Below are positions 37,558-46,621 of a DNA stretch of 64,000 nt, piece by piece. The stretch is taken from the NCBI GenBank assembly GCA_963764165.1, contig CAVXRD010000002.1, positions 2,976,001 through 3,040,000 of the forward strand, in the 5' to 3' direction. The translations under genes and the position numbers were made by a program. The notes beneath the pieces were generated by a model. It ran no database searches and was not told the DNA's origin. It saw only the letters and a program-made list of their open reading frames with translations. How positions within the stretch are numbered: the first letter of the stretch is position 1; every line of letters begins with the position of its first letter. This stretch comes from an uncultured Verrucomicrobiae bacterium. Lineage in GTDB: Bacteria > Verrucomicrobiota > Verrucomicrobiia > Limisphaerales > Palsa-1400.

Positions 37558-38931
37558 ATGGCAACCAACAAAGCTAAAAGCAAAAAAGAGCGAAAGATCA
37601 TCATCTTTTCGATTCTCATTCTCCTCGTCATCGGCAGCGTGGTGGCGGCGACGTTCAGCAAGGGCACCCCGCCCATTGCGATCATTGCGGAAAAGGTGGC
37701 CCGGCGCGACATCACGGAAATTGTCGTTGCCAACGGAAAAATCGAGCCGGTCTTGCAGGTGAAGATTAGTCCCGAAGTTTCCGGCGAAATTATCGCGCTG
37801 CCCGTCAAAGAAGGACAGTGCGTGAAGAAGGGCGACCTGCTCTTTAAGATCAAGCCGGATAATTACCTGGCCGCGCGCAACTCCTCCCAAGCCAACTACA
37901 ATTCCTCCGTCGCCAATCGCGAAACCTCGAAAGCCAATCTCGAAAAGGCGGATTTGGAATACAAGCGCAACGCCGAGCTTTTCAAAGCCAAGCTGATTTC
38001 GGACTCTGACTTTCTGGCGGCCAAGACCGCTTACGACGTCGCCAAATCGACTCTTGACGCGTCCATCGAACAGATCAGCATCGCCCGCGCGCAATTGGAT
38101 TCCGCCGAGGCGGACCTTTCCAAGACCACCGTGTATTCACCGTTGACGGGAACGATCAGCAAATTGAATTCCCAATTGGGCGAGCGTGTCGTCGGCACGG
38201 CGCAAATGGCTGGCACGGATATTATGATTGTCGCCGATCTCAACGCCATGGAGGCGTGGGTGGACATCGGCGAAATCGACGTTCCTCTCATTAAGCTGGG
38301 ACAGAAGGCGATGCTGGAAGTGGATTCGTTCAAGGACAAAAAATTCGAGGGCACGGTCACCGCCATCGCCAATTCCGCCAACAACAACGACACAACCACC
38401 GCCGCCACCACGACTTCCTCGACATCCACCGAGGCGACCAAATTCCAGGTTCGCATCCTCGTCAAAGACAAGGAGCGTTTTCTGCCCGGCATGTCGGTTA
38501 CGGCCAATATTGAAACGCGCTACCGCTCGAATGTCATCAGCGTCCCGATTCAGAGCGTCACCACGCGCCTGCCGGACACAAACGCTCCTGCTGGTGGAAC
38601 GAATGCGCTGGCCAAGGCTGGCGCCAACGCCCCCGCTCCTATTGGCACAAACGCGTCAAACTCAACAAACGCAGTGATCGCGGCGAAGCCGAACGAACCG
38701 GCAAAACCCATCGAAGTGGTGTTTATAGTTGACGGCGACCATGTCAAGCAAATGCCGGTCAAGCGCGGCATCAGCGATGACAATTTTGTCGAGATCACCG
38801 AGGGCTTGAAGGAAGGCCAGGACGTTGTTTCCGGCGGATACAAAGCGATCAATCGCGACCTGGCGGACGGCAAGAAAGTGGTGGTCAATGCCACGCTCGC
38901 GGGCACTGACAAAGAAACGAAAACTTACTAG
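37558..38931 (+). CDS. efflux periplasmic adaptor (MacA/HlyD family)
   Basis: N-terminal TM, ISPEVSGEI..L.VKEGQ.VKKGDLL, coiled coil and PGMS. Confidence 0.92.
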   Translation: MATNKAKSKKERKIIIFSILILLVIGSVVAATFSKGTPPIAIIAEKVARRDITEIVVANGKIEPVLQVKISPEVSGEIIALPVKEGQCVKKGDLLFKIKPDNYLAARNSSQANYNSSVANRETSKANLEKADLEYKRNAELFKAKLISDSDFLAAKTAYDVAKSTLDASIEQISIARAQLDSAEADLSKTTVYSPLTGTISKLNSQLGERVVGTAQMAGTDIMIVADLNAMEAWVDIGEIDVPLIKLGQKAMLEVDSFKDKKFEGTVTAIANSANNNDTTTAATTTSSTSTEATKFQVRILVKDKERFLPGMSVTANIETRYRSNVISVPIQSVTTRLPDTNAPAGGTNALAKAGANAPAPIGTNASNSTNAVIAAKPNEPAKPIEVVFIVDGDHVKQMPVKRGISDDNFVEITEGLKEGQDVVSGGYKAINRDLADGKKVVVNATLAGTDKETKTY

Positions 38932-38979
38932 CGGCAGAGCCATGGAACTTTCTGCCAAGCGCAATACGGGAATTCCCAA

Positions 38980-39099
38980 GGTAGGGACGCCTCGCCGAGG
39001 CGTCCGGTTGCGCTGGATTTATGCTGCCGTGCTCGCAAAGACAATGCCTCACCCCGGACGCCTCCGGCGGAAGTTCCGCCTCCCAGAGGCGTCCCTACC
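38980..39099. repeat. REP pair (family A, one arm with a nested hairpin) inside the efflux operon
   Basis: ggtagggacgcctcgccgaggcgtcc ... ggacgcctccggcggaagttccgcctcccagaggcgtccctacc. Confidence 0.9.
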
Positions 39100-39108
39100 T
39101 CAAGCCCA

Positions 39109-39795
39109 GTGAGCCTCATCCGCCTCCAAAACATCACCCGGCTCTACCAGATGGGCGGGGAAACGATTCACGCTCTGCGCGACATCTCGCTCGATGTCCA
39201 ACGCGGCGAGTATGTCGCGATCATGGGCCCGTCCGGCTCGGGGAAATCGACGCTGATGAATTTGCTGGGCTGCCTGGACACCTGCACCTCCGGCACCTAT
39301 GAATTGAACGGCACCAACGTCAGCGAGTTGGATGACAACCAGTTGGCCGCCATTCGAAATCGGGAAATTGGCTTCGTGTTCCAAACGTTCAACCTTCTGC
39401 CGCGCGCCAATGCTTTGCGCAATGTGGAGCTGCCATTGATTTACGCCGGCATTTCCGTGGACGAGCGCCGGCAAATGGCGATGCACAGCTTGGAAAGCGT
39501 CGGGTTAAAGGAACGCGTCGGACACAAGCCCAACGAAATGTCCGGCGGCCAGCGCCAGCGCGTGGCCATCGCCCGCGCCCTCGTCAATAACCCCTCCATC
39601 ATTCTGGCGGACGAGCCGACGGGAAATTTGGATTCCAAGACCGGCGACGAAATCATGGCCTTGCTTGAGATTCTTTCCGAGAAGGGAAACACGATATTTG
39701 TCGTCACGCACGAGGAGGACATTGCCCAGCACGCCCGGCGCATCATCCGCATCCGGGATGGGTTGATCGCCGACGATTCGGGCCGGCGCAAATGA
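39109..39795 (+). CDS. ABC transporter ATP-binding protein (MacB/LolD family)
   Basis: [21 protein letters not shown] and [11 protein letters not shown]. Confidence 0.96.
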   Translation: MSLIRLQNITRLYQMGGETIHALRDISLDVQRGEYVAIMGPSGSGKSTLMNLLGCLDTCTSGTYELNGTNVSELDDNQLAAIRNREIGFVFQTFNLLPRANALRNVELPLIYAGISVDERRQMAMHSLESVGLKERVGHKPNEMSGGQRQRVAIARALVNNPSIILADEPTGNLDSKTGDEIMALLEILSEKGNTIFVVTHEEDIAQHARRIIRIRDGLIADDSGRRK

Positions 39796-39801
39796 CGCGG
39801 T

Positions 39802-41040
39802 ATGAATTTCCTGGTCGAAATCAAGGAAGGCCTGCTCATCTCATGGGACACCATCCGCGCCAACAAGATGCGCTCGGCCCTCACGACCTTGGGAATCGTC
39901 ATCGGCATCGTCACCGTGACGAGCATGGCGACCGCCATCGACGCCCTCAATCGCGCAGTGCATGACAGCATCTCGGTTCTTGGCTCGGATGTTCTATTCG
40001 TCAGCAAAATCGATTGGATGATTCATTCCGAAGAGGAATGGATTCAGCAGAACCACCGTCCCGAGGTCAGCATTGACCAGGTGCGCCAAGTGGAAAAACA
40101 AATGAACCTGGCCAGCGCCATCGCGCCCACGGTCGGGGCGAACCGCGCGGTCTGGTATAAAAACCGCCGTGCAAACCGGGTGAACATCGTCGGGACCACC
40201 GATCAATTTCTCACCACCAGCGGATTCAACATCGCCATCGGCCGCTTTCTTTCCGCGGACGAAGTCGATGGCGGCCGCCCTGTATGCGTGATCGGCAACG
40301 ATGTCGCGACGAATCTGTTTGCGCAGGAATCGCCGCTGCACAAAAAAATCAAAATTGGCGAACGCCAGTTGGAAGTCATCGGGGTGCTCGAAAAACGCGG
40401 CAGTTTTCTCGGCATGGACAGCTTTGACAACGAAGTCATTCTGCCCGTCTCGCAATTCATGTTCAGTTATTGGCGGCGCCCGAGTTTTGAAATTCAAGTG
40501 AAGGTTCGCAACGTCAGCCAGTTGCCCGACGCCAAGGAAGAATTGCGCGGGCTGATGCGCAAAATCCGGCACGTCGCCCCGGCCGCTCCGGATAATTTTT
40601 CCATCAACCAGCAGGAGCAATTTCTCAAAGTGTTCGACGCGGTGACGGGGACAATTGCAACGGTGGGTTTATTGGTGACGGGCATGTCCCTGTTCGTGGG
40701 CGGCATTGGCATCATGAACATCATGTTTGTCTCCGTCGCGGAGCGGACGCGCGAGATCGGCGTGCGCAAAGCCATCGGCGCAAAGCAGCGGACCATTCTT
40801 TTGCAATTCCTGATCGAGGCGGCGGCCATTTGCATGATCGGCGGATTGATCGGATTGACGATCACCTATTCCCTGACTCTTTTGGTGGCTGGCGCGTTCC
40901 CTTACTTTCCCATCAAAGTGTCGGTGCCGGTGGCGGGGCTCGCCATTTTGACCTCGGTGGTGACGGGCCTTATGTCCGGCTTTCTTCCCGCGTGGCGGGC
41001 GGCCCGCATGAACCCGGTGGATGCGTTGCGAAATGAGTGA
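39802..41040 (+). CDS. MacB/FtsX-family ABC permease
   Basis: RSALTTLGIVIG and GGIGIMNIMFVSVAERTREIGVRKAIGA. Confidence 0.95.
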   Translation: MNFLVEIKEGLLISWDTIRANKMRSALTTLGIVIGIVTVTSMATAIDALNRAVHDSISVLGSDVLFVSKIDWMIHSEEEWIQQNHRPEVSIDQVRQVEKQMNLASAIAPTVGANRAVWYKNRRANRVNIVGTTDQFLTTSGFNIAIGRFLSADEVDGGRPVCVIGNDVATNLFAQESPLHKKIKIGERQLEVIGVLEKRGSFLGMDSFDNEVILPVSQFMFSYWRRPSFEIQVKVRNVSQLPDAKEELRGLMRKIRHVAPAAPDNFSINQQEQFLKVFDAVTGTIATVGLLVTGMSLFVGGIGIMNIMFVSVAERTREIGVRKAIGAKQRTILLQFLIEAAAICMIGGLIGLTITYSLTLLVAGAFPYFPIKVSVPVAGLAILTSVVTGLMSGFLPAWRAARMNPVDALRNE

Positions 41041-41058
41041 CACGAAACCCCAAAGCGC

Positions 41059-42321
41059 GTGAAACGATTCAGCATCATTCAGGCGGAAGTCAAAGACAGC
41101 TTCATCATGGCCTTGACCGCCATCGTCGCGCACAAGCTGCGCTCGGCGCTGACGCTGCTGGGCATTCTCGTCGGCGTTTTTTCAATCATCATTGTGATGA
41201 CCTCGATGCGCGCAATGCAGCAGAAAATCGAGTCCGACCTCGGCCAGCTTGGCGGGCAGACGTTTGTCGTTCAAACCTGGTCGCAGCTTCACTTCGAGGG
41301 CGGCGGCAGCGAGCAAAGCTATTGGCGCCGCAAGAGAATCAACTTGACACAGGCAACCGAGCTGGCCCGGCGCGCGACCCTGCCCTTGAGCATCGGCGTT
41401 GAAGATCAAAACGTCGCCAACGGCCAGATCATTTCCCGCTACGGCAAAAGTCCGCCGACGGTTTTCATGTCCGGCGAAACGCCCGGCAGTTTTCCGGCCC
41501 AAAACTGGAACGTCGCCCAGGGCCGCGCGCTTATTGATTCTGATTGCGACGGCTTGCGCGATGTCTGCGTGCTGGGCGCGACGCTGGCCGAGGATTTGTT
41601 CCCCTACGGCTCGCCCATCGGCGAAAAGGTTGAATTGAACGGAGTCAAATACGGGGTCGTCGGCGTATTGGAAGCCAAGGGCAGCATGCAAGGCGGGCGC
41701 GAGGACGAATTCGCGCTGATCCCCATCACCACCGCCGTCACGCGCTACGAGGACAAGCGCTGGCTTAACTTGAGCATTCTCGTCCAGGCCCGCGGGGCCG
41801 CCGAATACGCCAGCACGGTGGAGCAAGTCAGGGGCATCATGCGCCAATTGCGCAAGGTCCCGCCCGGGAAGCCGGATGATTTTGAAATTTTCTCCAACGA
41901 CTCGCTGATTGAGCAAATGAAATCAATCACCGGCAGCATTCGCATGGGCATCAGCCTGGTGAGCTCGATTGCGCTGCTGGCGGCGGGAATTGGCATTATG
42001 AACATCATGCTGGTCTCGGTGACGGAGCGCACGCGCGAGATCGGCATCCGCCGGGCCATTGGCGCGAAAAAGCGGACGATCATGACGCAGTTCATCATGG
42101 AGGCCGTCGTGCTTTGCGAAGTCGGCGGCGTGGCAGGCGTCGTGCTTGGAATCCTGGGCGGCGATCTGCTGGCCATGCTCATGCATTTGCCCAAGGTGCT
42201 GCCGCTGGATTGGGCGGTGATTGGCCTGATTATTTGTTCGGTGGTCGGAATTGTCTTTGGAACGTATCCGGCTTACAAAGCAGCCAATCTTGATCCGATT
42301 GAATCATTGCGCTATGAGTGA
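41059..42321 (+). CDS. MacB/FtsX-family ABC permease
   Basis: RSALTLLGI, GIGIMNIMLVSVTERTREIGIRRAIGA and DPIESLRYE. Confidence 0.95.
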   Translation: MKRFSIIQAEVKDSFIMALTAIVAHKLRSALTLLGILVGVFSIIIVMTSMRAMQQKIESDLGQLGGQTFVVQTWSQLHFEGGGSEQSYWRRKRINLTQATELARRATLPLSIGVEDQNVANGQIISRYGKSPPTVFMSGETPGSFPAQNWNVAQGRALIDSDCDGLRDVCVLGATLAEDLFPYGSPIGEKVELNGVKYGVVGVLEAKGSMQGGREDEFALIPITTAVTRYEDKRWLNLSILVQARGAAEYASTVEQVRGIMRQLRKVPPGKPDDFEIFSNDSLIEQMKSITGSIRMGISLVSSIALLAAGIGIMNIMLVSVTERTREIGIRRAIGAKKRTIMTQFIMEAVVLCEVGGVAGVVLGILGGDLLAMLMHLPKVLPLDWAVIGLIICSVVGIVFGTYPAYKAANLDPIESLRYE

Positions 42322-42339
42322 GCGCCATTTTTAATTCCT

Positions 42340-43854
42340 ATGATCCCCAAACTGACCAGGATTTTTTTCGCAACTTTATTCTGCGGCTGCGCATTCTCCA
42401 GCGCCGCCAAGGCCTCTTCCGAGGGATACGCGCCGCCCGGCACCAACTGGGTGGTGGACGCCGATGAATTGATCCGCATCGCGCTGACCAACAATATCAG
42501 CATACTGCTTGGCCGGCTCCAGCCGGAGGTTGACCAGTTCAATTTGCAGGGCCTTTACGGGGCATATGAACCGAGTTTCTCGGCCACACTGATCCACAGT
42601 TACAATGCCAGCCCGGGCGGCATTTATGCCCAGACAGGCCAGATTTATCCGGCCACAATTGAGCAGGCGAATTCTTATACTCCGGCGATCACCGGCGCAT
42701 CCCCCCTGGGAACGACCTTTAATCTCAGCGGCCCGTTCTCAGAAGTCAACAATACCTACTATCCGCGCCTGTATTCGTCCACTCCCAACATCCAGATGTC
42801 ACAACCGCTGCTGAAAAACTTCTGGATCAACAACCCCCGCTACCAAATCCAGCTCGCGAAATCGACGCTCAGGATCGACCAGCAGGCGCTGCTTCTCCAG
42901 ATCATGACCGTTGTCAACAATATCAAAGCCGCCTACTACACGCTGATCTCCGACCGCCAGCTTGTGACGGTGCAGGAAATCGCGGTAAGGCTGGCCGAGG
43001 AAACCTGGCACGAAGACGAAGCGCGCGTGAAGGCGGGAGCCCTGGCCCCGCTGGACGAGAAGCAGGCCGAATCCCAGGCCGCCAGCGCGCGCTCGGATCT
43101 TTTCACCGCCCAGACCACGCTTGCGGCGGAGGAGAACGTCATCAAAGGGCTGCTTTGCGTGCGGCGTGGCAATTGGAGCGGCACCGCGCCAATCCCAGTC
43201 GACCGCGCGCTCATTGCCGTGCCAGAAAACCCCGACGTCCGCGAATGCTGGCGCATGGCGTTCGAGAAACGGCCCGACATGCAGCAGGCAAAGCTCAAAG
43301 CGGAGCAGCAGAAGCTCACGATCAAGTTCGATTTCAATCAACTTTTCCCGGAACTTGATCTGGTCGGGAGCTACGGCCGCAACGCCACCGATCTCACCTA
43401 CCAGGACAATCTTAATACTATTCGCGAAGGCACCTACCCGGCCTATTCCTACGGAGTCTCGATGACCATCCCCCTTGGCGACACCACCTCGCGCAACAAA
43501 TACAGGGCCGACAAAGTTGGCCTCGAACAATTCGTGCTGCAAATCAAGCAGCTCGAGCTGACCATCATCCCTACAGTTGACAACGACGTCACCAAGCTCC
43601 GCACCGATCTGCTGAAAGTGGACTCAACGCGGCAAGCCCGCATGTATGCCGAGGACGCCCTTGAAGCGGAGCAAACAAAATTGAAGCACGGCAAGAGCAC
43701 GAGCTTCGTGGTATTGACGTTGCAAAATACGCTGACGCAGGCGCGCTCGGCCGAAATTCAAGCACTGGCCAATTACAACATCGACCTCGACCAGCTTGCC
43801 TTCGACGAAGGAACGATCCTCGAACGCAACCACATCGACGTGCGGCTCAAATAA
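42340..43854 (+). CDS. TolC-family outer membrane protein
   Basis: Signal peptide, QPLLKNF, RPD...FPELDL and helical repeats; last gene of the efflux operon. Confidence 0.88.
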   Translation: MIPKLTRIFFATLFCGCAFSSAAKASSEGYAPPGTNWVVDADELIRIALTNNISILLGRLQPEVDQFNLQGLYGAYEPSFSATLIHSYNASPGGIYAQTGQIYPATIEQANSYTPAITGASPLGTTFNLSGPFSEVNNTYYPRLYSSTPNIQMSQPLLKNFWINNPRYQIQLAKSTLRIDQQALLLQIMTVVNNIKAAYYTLISDRQLVTVQEIAVRLAEETWHEDEARVKAGALAPLDEKQAESQAASARSDLFTAQTTLAAEENVIKGLLCVRRGNWSGTAPIPVDRALIAVPENPDVRECWRMAFEKRPDMQQAKLKAEQQKLTIKFDFNQLFPELDLVGSYGRNATDLTYQDNLNTIREGTYPAYSYGVSMTIPLGDTTSRNKYRADKVGLEQFVLQIKQLELTIIPTVDNDVTKLRTDLLKVDSTRQARMYAEDALEAEQTKLKHGKSTSFVVLTLQNTLTQARSAEIQALANYNIDLDQLAFDEGTILERNHIDVRLK

Positions 43855-43855
43855 A

Positions 43856-43958
43856 GGCAGGGACGCCTCGCCGAGGCGTCCGGGGTGAGGCGCGATTTTT
43901 TTCGCAAGCTGTCCCATTTGCCGCACGCAACCGGACGCCTCGGCGAGGCGTCCCTACC
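43856..43958. repeat. REP pair (family A) between convergent genes
   Basis: ggcagggacgcctcgccgaggcgtcc ... ggacgcctcggcgaggcgtccctacc. Confidence 0.9.
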
Positions 43959-43963
43959 TCCGC

Positions 43964-45073
43964 TTACCTGTGGTGCGTCAACAACAGCATGATTCCCACC
44001 CCCGCCAAAATCGCCATTATCAAGAAGAATATCTTGACCCAGCTCTTCGGGTATTTGCCGGCGATCGTTCCGGTGTAGCCGTTGATGACCACTTGAAAAT
44101 GCCGGGCGCCGTAATCGTAGGTGAGCAGCCAGATGGGCGTTAGAATGTGTTTGAAAGTCTGGCCGGAATAATCGCAGTTCACCTGCAAATTCCGGTGCGT
44201 GTCGCCCGGCACTTGCGAGGCGCAGAGGCTTTCCATCTCCGAATCCATTTCCTGGCGCGCCTGCTGTGCGGCAGCCACGAGATCAATCTGGTACCGCTCC
44301 ACCACCCATCCGGATAGATAACCGGGGTTGTATGGCACCAACTCTGTCGTCGTCGGAAACGGTTCGATCTGGCGCAGCATTTCCGGCTGCACACCGCGCG
44401 AAGCCGGCACCAATTCGTCGTCAAAAAAATGATCGAGCGAGCCGCTGCTGAACTCCCATCGGATGTGCTGAACCTCCCGGGTCTGCGTGTTGCCTTCGTC
44501 GTCCCGGTAGGTTTCCGTTGTGTAATAATAATAGCCGCTCTCAGCCGTCCAATCCGCGTGGACTTGCGCGTCGAATGTCCAATAGGGAATGTAAAGCCCC
44601 TTCACCGTGTCAGTGAGGGCGGCGCGCTTGAGTTTATTGGGCGCGAACCACCGGCTGCCGTACCAGGTGCGGATCAAATCGCGCACCTCGGTATCGCTCA
44701 GCTTCATTGGCAGCAAGCTCTCGGGCCGAAACGCCTCCTTGATTTCCTCGTAAGGGACAAGCGCGGTTGATCCGCAGAAATCGCAGCGCTGGCTCACTCG
44801 CTCCGGGTCAAATACAGAAATCGCCTGGCAGCTCTGGCATTTTACGGAAGTTTTCTTGGCCTGCCAGCCGCGCTGATCATCCGGGATGCCGCGCAAGGCC
44901 GCCACCAAGTCGTGCTCGACAATCTGTTCGACTCCGGTGGCGTTCAACTCAGACTGGGCCGGCGAAACAGTGCCGCAAAACGGGCACACAATCGCTTTCT
45001 TGGCGGGATTCCATTGCGCCTCGCCGCCGCATGAAGGGCAGGAGAACTTTTTTTGTGCTGTGACTTCGGCCAT
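43964..45073 (-). CDS. zinc-ribbon protein with a C-terminal TM (YdjG-like)
   Basis: Four CxxC motifs, YIPYWTFD, PIW...Y..VINGYTG and a terminal hydrophobic helix. Confidence 0.8.
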   Translation of the reverse strand: MAEVTAQKKFSCPSCGGEAQWNPAKKAIVCPFCGTVSPAQSELNATGVEQIVEHDLVAALRGIPDDQRGWQAKKTSVKCQSCQAISVFDPERVSQRCDFCGSTALVPYEEIKEAFRPESLLPMKLSDTEVRDLIRTWYGSRWFAPNKLKRAALTDTVKGLYIPYWTFDAQVHADWTAESGYYYYTTETYRDDEGNTQTREVQHIRWEFSSGSLDHFFDDELVPASRGVQPEMLRQIEPFPTTTELVPYNPGYLSGWVVERYQIDLVAAAQQARQEMDSEMESLCASQVPGDTHRNLQVNCDYSGQTFKHILTPIWLLTYDYGARHFQVVINGYTGTIAGKYPKSWVKIFFLIMAILAGVGIMLLLTHHR

Positions 45074-45121
45074 AATTGGTCGATTCGGTCGCCGCAGTAA
45101 TCAGCGCGGGAAAGCGCGCCG

Positions 45122-46213
45122 TTACGAATTCAAAAACTCGTCCAGCGCGGTTTTGGTGACTCGCCAAGATGTGCCGATTTTCTTGCCCCGCAAATCGCCC
45201 TTTTCCAGAGTCGCAACCACATCGGATTCGCTCACGCCAAGGACGCGCGCGACTTCCGCCGGACCAAGCAGCGCCGGAGCGCCAGCCGAACTGCCAATGA
45301 CGGGCGGTTCGGAACGCGACATGGGAGGCGTTGCGGCAGCGGGCGGGGTCGCCTGCGGCGTATTCATGGCCGCCATCATTTGCTGGCCGACGCTCAGTCC
45401 AGCGCCAAGGCTGGCCGCGGCGCCGGCGATGGCGCCCGTCTCTGTCGTCTTGGTCATGGATTCCGCCATTTGAAATTTCACGTAATCGTTGAGATTTCCA
45501 ACCGCCGCCATGCTGCTGCGCTTGTCAATTGAAGCTTCGACTTCCGCCGGAAGTGAAACGTTCTCGACGATGAAGCTGGAAATTTCGATGCCGTATTTCG
45601 CCGTCACCTGCGGATTGATGATCGGCAGCAAAGCCGCGCCCAATTCCTGGTAACGCGAGGCGACATCGAGCACCGGCACCTTGGCCGACGCCAGCGCATC
45701 GGTGAACACGCTGACAATGCGCGAGCGCATCGTGTCCGAAAATTCCTCCAGCCGGAAATGATGGTCGGTCCCCGCCACTTCCTTCAGGAACGTCTTCACG
45801 TCGGTGATGTGAAAATCAAAAATGCCGTAGGCGCGCGTGCGGACGATGCCGAAATCCGCGTCGCGCATCATGATGGGATTGGCCGTGCCCCATTTGTTGC
45901 CGGTGAACAGGCGAGTATTGACAAAATAGACATCGGCCTTGAAGGGCGAATGCAGCCCGTATTTCCAGCCTTTGAGGGTGGAGAGGATGGGGATGTTGTC
46001 GGTCGTCAGCGTATGTTTGCCGGGGCCGAACGTATCGCCGAACTGGCCAAGGTAAAGGAACTGCGCGACCTGCCCTTCGTTGACAATGAGCTGCGCGCCG
46101 TTCTTGATTTCCTTGTCGAGGCTGGGATAGCGGTAGGAGAGCGTATCGCGCGAATCATCCTGCCACTCGATGATTTCAAGAAACTGGGTTTTGAGATAAT
46201 CTATGAGACCCAT
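45122..46213 (-). CDS. SPFH/band-7-like protein (YdjI-like) with a C-terminal excisionase-type HTH
   Basis: LIVNEGQVA, GPG.HTL.T.NIP, SPFKADVYF and KWGTANP; tail PAEVARVLGVS...KIGTSWRV. Confidence 0.85.
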   Translation of the reverse strand: MGLIDYLKTQFLEIIEWQDDSRDTLSYRYPSLDKEIKNGAQLIVNEGQVAQFLYLGQFGDTFGPGKHTLTTDNIPILSTLKGWKYGLHSPFKADVYFVNTRLFTGNKWGTANPIMMRDADFGIVRTRAYGIFDFHITDVKTFLKEVAGTDHHFRLEEFSDTMRSRIVSVFTDALASAKVPVLDVASRYQELGAALLPIINPQVTAKYGIEISSFIVENVSLPAEVEASIDKRSSMAAVGNLNDYVKFQMAESMTKTTETGAIAGAAASLGAGLSVGQQMMAAMNTPQATPPAAATPPMSRSEPPVIGSSAGAPALLGPAEVARVLGVSESDVVATLEKGDLRGKKIGTSWRVTKTALDEFLNS

Positions 46214-46365
46214 AAGTTAAACTTTCTTTTTCCCAGATATTCCGCCGATTTGGGGATTTTGGGAAGTATAAATTCGGGGCAATTGTGTAATCGGGAGCGA
46301 GACAAAGGAAACAAGGAATGGCGCCTCACGGGCTCCGCAATTGGGAAATTTGCTTCTGAAAAGGA

Positions 46366-46433
46366 GGCCACAGATTCACACAGATCAACACAGACTTTTG
46401 ATTTGTCTGCGTTGATCTGTGCCCATTTGTGGC
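46366..46433. repeat. short-period inverted repeat (cacagat family)
   Basis: gccacagattcacacagatcaacacaga ... tctgcgttgatctgtgcccatttgtggc. Confidence 0.7.
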
Positions 46434-46621
46434 ATTCTTTCTGGCCGGAACTTGATTTCCGCGGCCAGATTCAATCTGTCCCCATATTTCCCCAAAAATC
46501 GTGCCAAAAAACCTCTGGCCGGCTTTCTGTTTTCAAATGGAATGCGCCAACGTGCTTTCATCTCTATATATATTAAACCTTGAACTCGGGCGGGGCGTCG
46601 TTATAACCACGCGCTTATAGT

